Positions 15,600-22,967 of a DNA stretch of 44,912 nucleotides are shown piece after piece. Position 1 is the first letter of the stretch, and every line of letters begins with the position of its first letter. The DNA lies in assembly GCA_964494655.1 (NCBI GenBank), contig CAZBRM010000002.1, positions 1-44,912 on the forward strand, written 5' to 3'. Below the pieces are notes generated by a model, which saw nothing but the letters and a program-made list of their open reading frames with translations, was not told where the DNA came from and made no database searches. Source of the stretch: an uncultured Candidatus Saccharibacteria bacterium. Its GTDB lineage: Bacteria; Patescibacteriota; Minisyncoccia; Portnoybacterales; UBA2143. Both the position numbers and the translations under genes were made by a program.

Positions 15600-17339
15600 A
15601 TGGCTTTAACGAATTTTAATACAAAACGAATACAAGAAAAACTAGCTAAAATTAGGAGGGAAGAAGAAGAAGAAGAAGCGAAAAGAACAGCCAAAAAGTT
15701 CGATCTATCGTATGTTAACCTAACAATTACACCGATTGATTATGAAAATTTAGCAAATATACCAAGAGAAAAGGCGGAACAAGGAAACATAATCGTTATA
15801 CAGAGAAAAAACCGCGTTATCGGTTTAGCTTTAACGGATCCCGGTAATCCAAAGGCGAAAGAAGTAATTGAGGAACTTAAAAATAAAGGATTTGAATGTA
15901 AAATATTTGTAGTATCTCTCACAAGCTTAAAAAAAGGATTGGGATATTATAATATAATTGAACAACATATAAAAGAACGTCCCTTGAGAAGCGTTCTTAT
16001 TATCCAAATAAAAGAGTTAGAAGAATTTAAAGAATCTCTGCAAACTGTTCAAAAATTAGAAAAAACAATAAACGTATTGCCCACAAGCCGTTTGTTAACA
16101 ATTATTATGGCCGGAGCAATTGAAATGAAAGCTTCAGATATCCATATCGAACCTTCTGAAGAAAACATAAGATTAAGGTATAGAATTGATGGTCTTTTAC
16201 AAGACATTGTTGATTTTCCAATGAACCAATACACTTTCCTTCTTTTAAAAATAAAAATGCTTTCAGATATGCTTCTTAATGTTCATGATATAAGCCAGGA
16301 TGGAAGATTTTCAATTAATATTTTGGATGATGAAAAAATAGAGCAAGCAATTGATCTTAGAGTATCTGTATTGCCAAGCAGTAAAGGAGAAAGTGTTGTT
16401 ATTCGCCTTCTTGGATTGTCAACTATTAAATTAGATATTAGGGGGTTAGGCATAAGACTAGATTTATTTAATATAATAAAAAACCAAATAAACCAACCAA
16501 ATGGAATGATTCTGGCTACTGGACCAACTGGTTCTGGAAAAACAACAACGCTTTACGCCTGCTTAAATTATGTTAATAAACCAGGCAAAAAAATTATTAC
16601 CGTAGAGAATCCCGTAGAGTATCAATTAAAAGGCGTTACTCAAACACAAATAAGCAGAAGAAAAGGACACACATTCGGCAAAGCGCTTAGATCAATAGTT
16701 AGACAAGACCCTGATATCTTAATGATCGGAGAAATGAGAGATGAAGAAAGCGCTGAAATTGCAATACAATTTTCTTTAACAGGCCATCTTGTTTTTTCTA
16801 CATTACACACAAATAATGCTGCCGGAGCAATTCCAAGATTAAACGGAATGGGAATTGATTCGCCATCGCTTGCGGCAGCCATTAATATGGTAATTGCCCA
16901 AAGATTAGTTCGAAAATTATGCACGCACTGTAAAAAAGAATACCAGCCAACCAAAGAAGAATTAGTTATAATAAAAAAAATAATTTCAAGCATTTCAGAG
17001 AAATCGGGAATTAAAATTCCAAAAAAAATAACTAATCTATACCAGGCAGAAGGATGCTCTAAATGCCATGGATTAGGATACAAGGGAAGAATCGGCATTT
17101 TTGAGCTTTTTGTTATTAGCGATGAAATTAAAACAATTATTTTAAAAAGGGGAGCAGACTATCAATTGCAAGCTAAAGCCGAAGAAGAAGGGATGACAAC
17201 TCTTATGCAAAGCGCAATATTAAAAATGGTTGAAGGCGAAACCACTTTAGAAGAAATAAAAAGAGTAATTGGATCTCCTGAATTATCAGCAAAACAATTA
17301 TCAAATAAAGAAGAAAAGAAAATAAAAAAAATAGAATAA
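15600..17339 (+). CDS. GspE/PilB-family type II/IV secretion (type IV pilus assembly-type) ATPase
   Basis: 579 aa with an N-terminal GSPII_E_N-like region, Walker A GPTGSGKTTTLYA, Asp box, Walker B ILMIGEMRD, His box TGHLVFSTLHTN, and tetracysteine CTHC...CSKCHGLGYKGRIGIFE. Confidence 0.92.
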   Translation: MALTNFNTKRIQEKLAKIRREEEEEEAKRTAKKFDLSYVNLTITPIDYENLANIPREKAEQGNIIVIQRKNRVIGLALTDPGNPKAKEVIEELKNKGFECKIFVVSLTSLKKGLGYYNIIEQHIKERPLRSVLIIQIKELEEFKESLQTVQKLEKTINVLPTSRLLTIIMAGAIEMKASDIHIEPSEENIRLRYRIDGLLQDIVDFPMNQYTFLLLKIKMLSDMLLNVHDISQDGRFSINILDDEKIEQAIDLRVSVLPSSKGESVVIRLLGLSTIKLDIRGLGIRLDLFNIIKNQINQPNGMILATGPTGSGKTTTLYACLNYVNKPGKKIITVENPVEYQLKGVTQTQISRRKGHTFGKALRSIVRQDPDILMIGEMRDEESAEIAIQFSLTGHLVFSTLHTNNAAGAIPRLNGMGIDSPSLAAAINMVIAQRLVRKLCTHCKKEYQPTKEELVIIKKIISSISEKSGIKIPKKITNLYQAEGCSKCHGLGYKGRIGIFELFVISDEIKTIILKRGADYQLQAKAEEEGMTTLMQSAILKMVEGETTLEEIKRVIGSPELSAKQLSNKEEKKIKKIE

Positions 17340-17378
17340 AAATATTCTATTCGAAAAAACGTATTAATATCTAAAAAA

Positions 17379-17517
17379 CTGTAGGCAACGACTCTCTGCC
17401 TGAGAACAGAAAGAAAAGGTTCTCCGAGGAGTATTCCAGCCAAAGCCAAAATATCCGAAAACTAAGATAAACCCCCATCGAATCCAAAATTAAAAATTGA
17501 ATCCTTATTGCCTACAG
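17379..17517. other. GC-enriched intergenic element bracketed by a perfect 10-bp inverted repeat (candidate small RNA or MITE-like element)
   Basis: ctgtaggcaa (17379..17388) and ttgcctacag (17508..17517) are exact reverse complements. There is an internal hairpin gagaac(17402..17407)/gttctc(17419..17424). The composition is visibly GC-richer than the flanks. Confidence 0.25.
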
Positions 17518-17589
17518 ATTTCTAGATATTAAAAAAGGACTTGTTTTAAACAACCTCCATTATTGAGATAATAACAAATTATTATAAAA

Positions 17590-18609
17590 ATGTCAAGCAA
17601 TATAACTGATCCTAAAGAATTAAATGAAGATATTAGGCTAGATAATACTCTAAGACCTCTATCTTTTAATGAGTATGTAGGACAAGAAAAGATTAAGGAC
17701 AATTTAAATATATTAATTGAAGCAGCAAAAAAAAGGAATGAACCAATAGAACATGTATTATTGTATGGAAACTCTGGACTTGGCAAAACTACATTAGCTC
17801 ATATCATCAGCAAAGAAATGGGAGTAAATATTAAAGCAACTTCTGGTCCTGCTATTGAAAAAACAGGAGATCTTGCTTCAATATTAACAAATCTCCAACC
17901 GGGAGATATTTTATTCTGTGATGAAATTCATCGCCTTAATAAAACAATAGAAGAAATTCTTTATCCCGCCATGGAAGATTTCAATCTAGATATCATTATC
18001 GGAAAGGGGCCCTCAGCTAAAACACTTCAATTAGAATTACCTCATTTTACTCTTATTGGCGCAACAACTCGTAGCGGACTTATTTCTTCTCCATTACGCA
18101 GCCGCTTTGGCGCAACTTACAGATTAAATTTTTATGAACAGCTAGACATTGAAAAAATAATTGCGCGTTCAGCAAAAATATTAAAAGTAAACATTGAAAA
18201 TAATAATACCTTAAAATTAATTGCCCAATGTTCTCGCTATACGCCGCGTGTAGCCAACCGCCTATTAAAAAGAGTCAGGGACTACAGTCAAGTAAGGACT
18301 AATGATATAGTCAATGAACAGACAACAAAAGAAGCATTGGAAATGCTGGAGATTGATGAATATGGACTTGAACCGGCAGATCGTTATATTTTAAAAACAA
18401 TTATTGAAAAATTCGGTGGAGGACCTGTGGGCTTGCGTACTTTAGCTGCAGCCAGCCACGAAGAACCCGAAACAATAACTGATGTCTATGAGCCGTATTT
18501 GCTTCAAATAGGATTTCTTGACCGCACTTTGCGTGGTCGTATTGCTACCAAACTTGCCTACAATCATCTTGACATAAAATATGACACTAAAGAAAATAAA
18601 TTATTTTAG
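17590..18609 (+). CDS. ruvB: Holliday junction branch migration ATPase RuvB
   Basis: 339 aa, [16 protein letters not shown]...[17 protein letters not shown]...LFCDEIHRL...[18 protein letters not shown]... Confidence 0.97.
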   Translation: MSSNITDPKELNEDIRLDNTLRPLSFNEYVGQEKIKDNLNILIEAAKKRNEPIEHVLLYGNSGLGKTTLAHIISKEMGVNIKATSGPAIEKTGDLASILTNLQPGDILFCDEIHRLNKTIEEILYPAMEDFNLDIIIGKGPSAKTLQLELPHFTLIGATTRSGLISSPLRSRFGATYRLNFYEQLDIEKIIARSAKILKVNIENNNTLKLIAQCSRYTPRVANRLLKRVRDYSQVRTNDIVNEQTTKEALEMLEIDEYGLEPADRYILKTIIEKFGGGPVGLRTLAAASHEEPETITDVYEPYLLQIGFLDRTLRGRIATKLAYNHLDIKYDTKENKLF

Positions 18610-18867
18610 TTATTGATAAATGTTATGACTACCGATTGAATGGAAATATACTATATTATTATTAGCAAATTCAAAAACAATACGATATTTATAATCAATT
18701 GAAAAAGACCAAAAATCTCTAAATTTTCCTGAAAGTTTATGAGTTTTTAATTTTTTATCAAAGGGATTTTGACGAAAAATATTTTCTTTCTCTTCTGCTA
18801 TTTTTTTTATTTTATTTGGCAATTTTTTATAACTTCTATCAAATTTAGAAGAATATAAGATTTTCAT
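18610..18867 (-). CDS. type II toxin, RelE/ParE (YafQ-like) superfamily
   Basis: 85 aa, ...FDRSYKKLPNKIKK...KTHKLSGKFRDFWSFSIDYKYRIVFEF..NNIVYFHSIGSHNIY matches the RelE/StbE-type pattern. Confidence 0.8.
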   Translation of the reverse strand: MKILYSSKFDRSYKKLPNKIKKIAEEKENIFRQNPFDKKLKTHKLSGKFRDFWSFSIDYKYRIVFEFANNNIVYFHSIGSHNIYQ

Positions 18868-18894
18868 AAAATTATCAGCTTTTAGTTTATTATT

Positions 18895-19113
18895 TTATCT
18901 TAAATCTTTAAGAGATCGTAAAACTTTACCTTTACCTGCCGCTATTTCTGCTTGACTTTCTTCTAATTCAGCTAAGATTTTATTTTCTTCTTCATGCTCA
19001 CGCAAAAGAGCGCGAAAAAATTCGCTCACGCTGGCATATCTGCCTTTTTTAACTTCTCTTTTAACTATTTTAACCATTTCAGCAGGAAGAGAGATATTAA
19101 TAATATTACGCAT
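18895..19113 (-). CDS. ribbon-helix-helix (CopG/ParD-like) antitoxin
   Basis: 72 aa. MRNIINISLPAEMVKIVKREVKKGRYASVSEFFRALLREH is an RHH beta-strand plus two helices. Lies 27 nt upstream of the toxin gene. Confidence 0.72.
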   Translation of the reverse strand: MRNIINISLPAEMVKIVKREVKKGRYASVSEFFRALLREHEEENKILAELEESQAEIAAGKGKVLRSLKDLR

Positions 19114-19160
19114 ATTTTTTATATTTTTTATATTTTTTATTAAAATTTATTTTCGACCCT

Positions 19161-19189
19161 GTAATAATTTGTAATAATTTATATTACAA
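19161..19189. promoter_or_regulatory. candidate operator of the TA operon (tandem 10-mers plus 8-bp inverted repeat)
   Basis: gtaataattt is repeated exactly at 19161..19170 and 19171..19180. ttgtaata (19169..19176) and tattacaa (19182..19189) are perfect inverted repeats with a 5-nt spacer. The site is 48-76 nt upstream of the antitoxin ATG. Confidence 0.4.
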
Positions 19190-19224
19190 CATTATCAAAA
19201 TTAAAATACCTTGTCAATAACTTT

Positions 19225-20862
19225 ATGAATAACATAATTAAAATTATTTCTTATTTATTAATAACTGGAGGTTTTTTTATTTTCTGCCTTCCTTTTTCCG
19301 TCAATGCCACAAATGTAGTTATTAATGAAATTATGTATGATTTGCCAGGGATTGATACCGATCATGAGTGGATAGAAATTTTAAATATTTCTGATACTGA
19401 AATTGATTTGACTAATTGGAAATTCAATGATGGAAGTAATCATAATTTAAATGAACCGCCTAAAAATGGTGGGCAAGGTTTACTTAAAATTTCGGCTGGC
19501 GAATATACGATTCTGACTGGAGACGCTACAACTTTTTTAACTGACCATCCGGGATTTTCTGGTACAGTTATTGATACTGTAATGAGTTTAAAAAATACAA
19601 ACGCTACATTAAAAATTCTTGATTTAGAAAACAATGAAATTGATTCTATTGCTTATGAAAGTATCTGGGGCGCCAATGGCGATTGGAAAACTTTAGAAAA
19701 AATTGATTCTCAAGGTACAAATACTCAAAATAATTGGCAAATAAGCGTACTTGACGGAGGAACGCCTGGAATCTTAAATAGTAGTGGCGCAGAAATTGTT
19801 CTTGAAGATAATGGAGAAGAAACATCAATTGAATCAACTACCAGTGGAGTGCCTATTATCCCTGTGAACCAGCCGCCTGTTGCTTATGCTGGAACAGACA
19901 TAACTGCTTTAATTAATCAAGAAATAATATTTGATGGTTCCTTATCTTCTGACTCTAATAATGACGCGCTAACTTATTTTTGGAATTTTGGAGATGGCGC
20001 GACAGATATTGAACAAATATCTAAACATACTTATCTTTATCCAGGACAATATATTATATCTTTATTAGTTGATGATGGAGAATTCTCTGATTTGGATATT
20101 ATTACAATTAATATCTACAATAAATCAATTATTATCAGTGAATTTTTGCCTGATCCAGAAGGGACAGACGCTGAAAATGAATGGATTGAATTATATAATC
20201 AAAGTAATCAAATAGCTAATTTAAGTAACTGGCAATTAGATGACCAAGAAGAAGGAAGTTTGCCTTTTATTTTTCCTGCTAATAGTTTAATAGGCCCTAA
20301 TCAATTTTTAGTTTTAATAAGATCAATTACTAAAATTGCCTTAAACAATGATAATGACCAAGTCCGTCTTATTTACCCAGACGGCTCTTTAGCTGCTGAA
20401 ATTAATTATTTAGCTGAGAAAAAAGAAGGATTCTCCATAGCTTTTGACAATAATGATTATTTTTGGACTAAAATTCCTACTCCTGGATCAGCTAATATTA
20501 TTAGCTCAATTGGTTTAGATTTAGAAACAGAAAATCTATCTAAAAATAATCCTGAGCCAATTATTCAACAAAGCCAAGAAATGCCAGATGTTACGGCTAA
20601 TACGAATTTAAACCAGAGTCAAAGCTTTGACGCTTCTGAGGACAGCCCTTCACTGTCAAATAAAGAATTGCTCTCAAACATTTCGAGCGTTATTCAAAAC
20701 AACCCTAATGATAATATAAATTTTACTGCTTCTTTAGGCCAATCAACACAATTAAATCAGAAATCAAAACTAATTTTATATCTATCAATAATCATCTCTG
20801 GCTCTCTATTATTAAGCTGGATTATTATTCAAGTGAGAAAAACGAAAAAAATCTTGCCTTAG
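19225..20862 (+). CDS. surface-anchored lamin-tail-domain (LTD) - PKD - LTD protein
   Basis: 545 aa with a signal/TM N-terminus. LTD-like VVINEIMYDLPGIDTDHEWIEILN...NWKFND and IIISEFLPDPEGTDAENEWIELYN...NWQLDD. PKD-like PPVAYAGTD...FDGSLSSDSNNDALTYFWNFGDG...HTYLYPGQY. C-terminal TM (LILYLSIIISGSLLLSWIII) plus a basic tail. Confidence 0.82.
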   Translation: MNNIIKIISYLLITGGFFIFCLPFSVNATNVVINEIMYDLPGIDTDHEWIEILNISDTEIDLTNWKFNDGSNHNLNEPPKNGGQGLLKISAGEYTILTGDATTFLTDHPGFSGTVIDTVMSLKNTNATLKILDLENNEIDSIAYESIWGANGDWKTLEKIDSQGTNTQNNWQISVLDGGTPGILNSSGAEIVLEDNGEETSIESTTSGVPIIPVNQPPVAYAGTDITALINQEIIFDGSLSSDSNNDALTYFWNFGDGATDIEQISKHTYLYPGQYIISLLVDDGEFSDLDIITINIYNKSIIISEFLPDPEGTDAENEWIELYNQSNQIANLSNWQLDDQEEGSLPFIFPANSLIGPNQFLVLIRSITKIALNNDNDQVRLIYPDGSLAAEINYLAEKKEGFSIAFDNNDYFWTKIPTPGSANIISSIGLDLETENLSKNNPEPIIQQSQEMPDVTANTNLNQSQSFDASEDSPSLSNKELLSNISSVIQNNPNDNINFTASLGQSTQLNQKSKLILYLSIIISGSLLLSWIIIQVRKTKKILP

Positions 20863-20880
20863 AAAGATGGACAGGCATGG
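20846..20880. repeat. copy 2 of the AAAAA-N5-GCCTTAGAAAGATRGACAGGCAYGG motif
   Basis: gccttagaaagatggacaggcatgg at 20856..20880, in the same orientation as copy 1. It overlaps the TAG stop (20860..20862) of the LTD gene. Confidence 0.5.
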
Positions 20881-20958
20881 TGTTATTAATTTCATTGATT
20901 CATGCTCGTTAATAGATTAAAATAAAACTAAATAACTTTTAAAGGAGGATGAGAGAAA

Positions 20959-21171
20959 ATGCCACAATATCGGTTAGAATGGCAAAAAACGGAGCAAATT
21001 GAAGGAGCAATAATAACAATCAACTGCGCGAAAGACATTATTGTTAATTGTACAGAAAAAAATCCTGATAAAATAGCTGGAAAAGAAGCCAAAGAAATAT
21101 TTGATAAGCTCCCAGAATTTTCAGCTACTCTTAAAAAGATAGTTGTTCATTTTCAAAAAGAATTTACTTGA
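20959..21171 (+). CDS. small hypothetical protein (70 aa)
   Basis: Strong SD (aaaggagga) about 10 nt upstream of the ATG, TGA stop, followed by a hairpin plus T-tract. No family recognised. Confidence 0.45.
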   Translation: MPQYRLEWQKTEQIEGAIITINCAKDIIVNCTEKNPDKIAGKEAKEIFDKLPEFSATLKKIVVHFQKEFT

Positions 21172-21180
21172 CACAAAAGC

Positions 21181-21220
21181 AAAGCTGGAACAATACTGTT
21201 TCGGCTTTTTCTTTTTTCTC
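21181..21220 (+). terminator. rho-independent terminator candidate
   Basis: aaagctggaac (21181..21191) pairs with gtttcggcttt (21198..21208) in an 11-bp stem including 2 G:U pairs, with loop aatact, followed by ttcttttttc. Confidence 0.45.
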
Positions 21221-21228
21221 CTTTTCCA

Positions 21229-21257
21229 TTGACACCTTTTATTACTCAAAGTATTAT
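21229..21257 (+). promoter_or_regulatory. sigma70-like promoter candidate for yebC-ruvC
   Basis: TTGACA (21229..21234), a 17-nt spacer, then TATTAT (21252..21257). The SD-like agaggg and ATG 21282 lie downstream. Confidence 0.4.
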
Positions 21258-21281
21258 TAACATAAGAGGGATCTTTTAATT

Positions 21282-21821
21282 ATGTCAGGACATTCCCATT
21301 GGCATTCAATAAAACACAAAAAAGGAGCAACAGATATAAAACGGGGTAAAATTTTTAGCAAAATATCTCGTTTGATTAGTATTACCGCTAGAGAAAAAGG
21401 AGGAGACCCTGAATCTAATCCAAAATTACGCGTAGCTATTAATAAAGCCAAAGAAGCGAATATGCCGAAAGACAATATTGAACGCGCGATTAAAAAAGGA
21501 TCAGGACAAATAGAAGGAGTTAAAATGGAAGAAATCTCTTATGAAGCATACGGACCAGCTGGAATAGCGTTGATTATTGATGTAATAACTGATAATAAGA
21601 ATAGAGCCCTATCTGAAATAAAACATATTCTTAGCCGTTTTGACGGGAAAATGGCTGAAACCGGAAGTGTTAAATATCTCTTTGATAAAGAAGGAGAAAA
21701 ATGGACGCCAAAATATCCCATTAAAATCACTGATAAAAAAACAAAATCTCAATTAGAAAAACTTTTTGATGCGCTAGATGAAAATGACGATACACAAGAA
21801 ATATATAGTAATTTAAAGTAA
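21282..21821 (+). CDS. yebC: YebC/PmpR-family protein, shortened variant
   Basis: MSGHSHWHSIKHKKGATDIKRGKIFSKISR...GGDPESNPKLRVAINKAKEANMPKDNIERAIKKG...YEAYGPAGIALIIDVITDNKNR. Only 179 aa, whereas the family is typically near 240 aa. Confidence 0.85.
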   Translation: MSGHSHWHSIKHKKGATDIKRGKIFSKISRLISITAREKGGDPESNPKLRVAINKAKEANMPKDNIERAIKKGSGQIEGVKMEEISYEAYGPAGIALIIDVITDNKNRALSEIKHILSRFDGKMAETGSVKYLFDKEGEKWTPKYPIKITDKKTKSQLEKLFDALDENDDTQEIYSNLK

Positions 21822-21825
21822 TTTT

Positions 21826-22293
21826 ATGATAATATTAGGAATTGATCCCGGCACTGCCGCCACGGGATATGGCGTTATTAAAAAAGATAACAATCTTGAA
21901 ATGATTGATTATGGTTGTATTGAAACAACTACTGACTATTCAACTGCTGAACGGCTCAACATTTTAGATAAAGAGTTATCTAAAATAATTAAGAAATATC
22001 AGCCAGAAAGAATAGCTATTGAAGATATTTTTTTCTTCAAGAATATTAAAACAGCCATCAAGGTAAGCCAAGCAAGAGGGGTTATTTTAGCAAGAGCGGC
22101 AAAAACAAAAATGCAAATAATTGAATACACCCCGCTTCAAATTAAACAAGCAGTAACTAGTTATGGCAGAGCCGATAAAAATCAGGTTCAACAAATGGTT
22201 AAGTTATTGCTAAATTTAAAACAAATACCTAAGCCAGATGACGCCGCTGATGCTTTAGCCGCAGCCATCTGTTGCGCTAACTCAACAAGATAA
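21826..22293 (+). CDS. ruvC: crossover junction endodeoxyribonuclease RuvC
   Basis: 155 aa, MIILGIDPGTAATGYGVI...IAIEDIFFFKN...TPLQIKQAVTSYGRADKNQVQ...PDDAADALAAAIC. Confidence 0.94.
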   Translation: MIILGIDPGTAATGYGVIKKDNNLEMIDYGCIETTTDYSTAERLNILDKELSKIIKKYQPERIAIEDIFFFKNIKTAIKVSQARGVILARAAKTKMQIIEYTPLQIKQAVTSYGRADKNQVQQMVKLLLNLKQIPKPDDAADALAAAICCANSTR

Positions 22294-22297
22294 ATTT

Positions 22298-22960
22298 ATG
22301 TCTATTATAACTCAATATATGATTAATCAAGGCGTATCAAAAGAAGCAATCATCCTGCTTTTAATGCTTCCTGTTGTCGCAACAATCATTGCTTTTGCCA
22401 GACAGGTTATCGGCATTAAAGGATTTGGAATTTACACACCTTTAATTATTGCTTTTGCATTTTTAGCTACTGGATTAAAATACGGCTTGGCTTTTTTTAT
22501 AATAATCATTCTTGTCGGCACATTAACCAGATTGGTTGTTAAGCGCTTTAGATTATTATATCTTCCTAGGATGGCAATTATTTTAACAGCAGTAGTGTTA
22601 TCTATTCTTATTGTCTTTTTAGAAGGAGCTTATTCAGGACGAAATGGATTAACAGCCGCTTCTATTTTTGCTATTGTCATTATGATTATATTGGTTGAGA
22701 AATTCATAGCATCTCAAATAGAAAGAGGAAATAAAGAAGCAATCATTTTAACTATCGAGACCTTAATTCTTTCTATTATTTGCTACTGGGTTGCTATTTG
22801 GCCATGGCTTAAAAATTTTACTTTAACTTATCCTTTTTTTATTATCATGGGGACTATTGTAATAAATATATTATTAGGCAAATGGACAGGATTAAGAATT
22901 TCAGAATACGCGCGTTTTAGAAAAGTAATTAAATCTATTGAGCCATCTGAAAAAAAATAA
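22298..22960 (+). CDS. 7TM membrane protein of the 7TM_transglut (PF14402-like) family, lacking the transglutaminase-like domain
   Basis: 220 aa with about 7 hydrophobic helices. The segment PVVATIIAFARQVIGIKGFGIYTPLIIAFAF matches my recollection of the conserved first-helix/loop motif of this family. Gene context with a TIGR02291-like ligase agrees. Confidence 0.7.
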   Translation: MSIITQYMINQGVSKEAIILLLMLPVVATIIAFARQVIGIKGFGIYTPLIIAFAFLATGLKYGLAFFIIIILVGTLTRLVVKRFRLLYLPRMAIILTAVVLSILIVFLEGAYSGRNGLTAASIFAIVIMIILVEKFIASQIERGNKEAIILTIETLILSIICYWVAIWPWLKNFTLTYPFFIIMGTIVINILLGKWTGLRISEYARFRKVIKSIEPSEKK

Positions 22961-22967
22961 TCTTGTT

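Noticed and set aside
16640-17098. 152-aa minus-strand ORF inside the PilB/GspE gene (also 15740..15922 and 16049..16234)
   Set aside because: Antisense shadow ORFs inside a gene with complete Walker, Asp-box and His-box motifs. No independent support.
17331-17350. AT-only palindrome atagaata-aaaa-tattctat over the pilB stop codon, considered as a terminator
   Set aside because: The 8-bp stem is all A/T, no T-tract follows, and such a palindrome is easily produced by chance at this base composition.
17471-17490. T-loop-like tcgaatcc next to a C5 run (possible tRNA); similar ggttcgatc at about 38053 inside a CDS
   Set aside because: No complementary T-stem, acceptor stem or anticodon arm can be drawn around either one. 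The only genuine GGGGGTTCGATCCCCCC T-arm belongs to the tmRNA.
17379-17517. Assigning the GC-rich spacer element to SRP RNA, 6S RNA or RNase P RNA
   Set aside because: It lacks the SRP domain IV consensus (a GGAA-type tetraloop with flanking AGCA), lacks the GAGGAAAGUCC motif of RNase P RNA, and is shorter than typical 6S RNA. It is left as an unclassified candidate.
17162-17786. Minus-strand ORFs 17162..17449 and 17529..17786 covering the pilB-ruvB spacer
   Set aside because: Each overlaps the well-supported end of pilB or the start of ruvB on the opposite strand. They have no SD and no recognisable sequence. The spacer is better described as non-coding (see the inverted-repeat element).
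19113-19139. Three exact tandem 9-mers (atatttttt), considered as a possible CRISPR, VNTR or iteron array
   Set aside because: Too short, with no spacers and pure A/T low complexity in a 5' leader. It is mentioned only as part of the TA promoter region.
18610-21171. Calling the TA/LTD interval a mobile element or prophage remnant
   Set aside because: No integrase, transposase, tRNA target or flanking direct repeats are visible. Only the synteny break supports an insertion, so it is reported as a finding rather than as a mobile_element feature.
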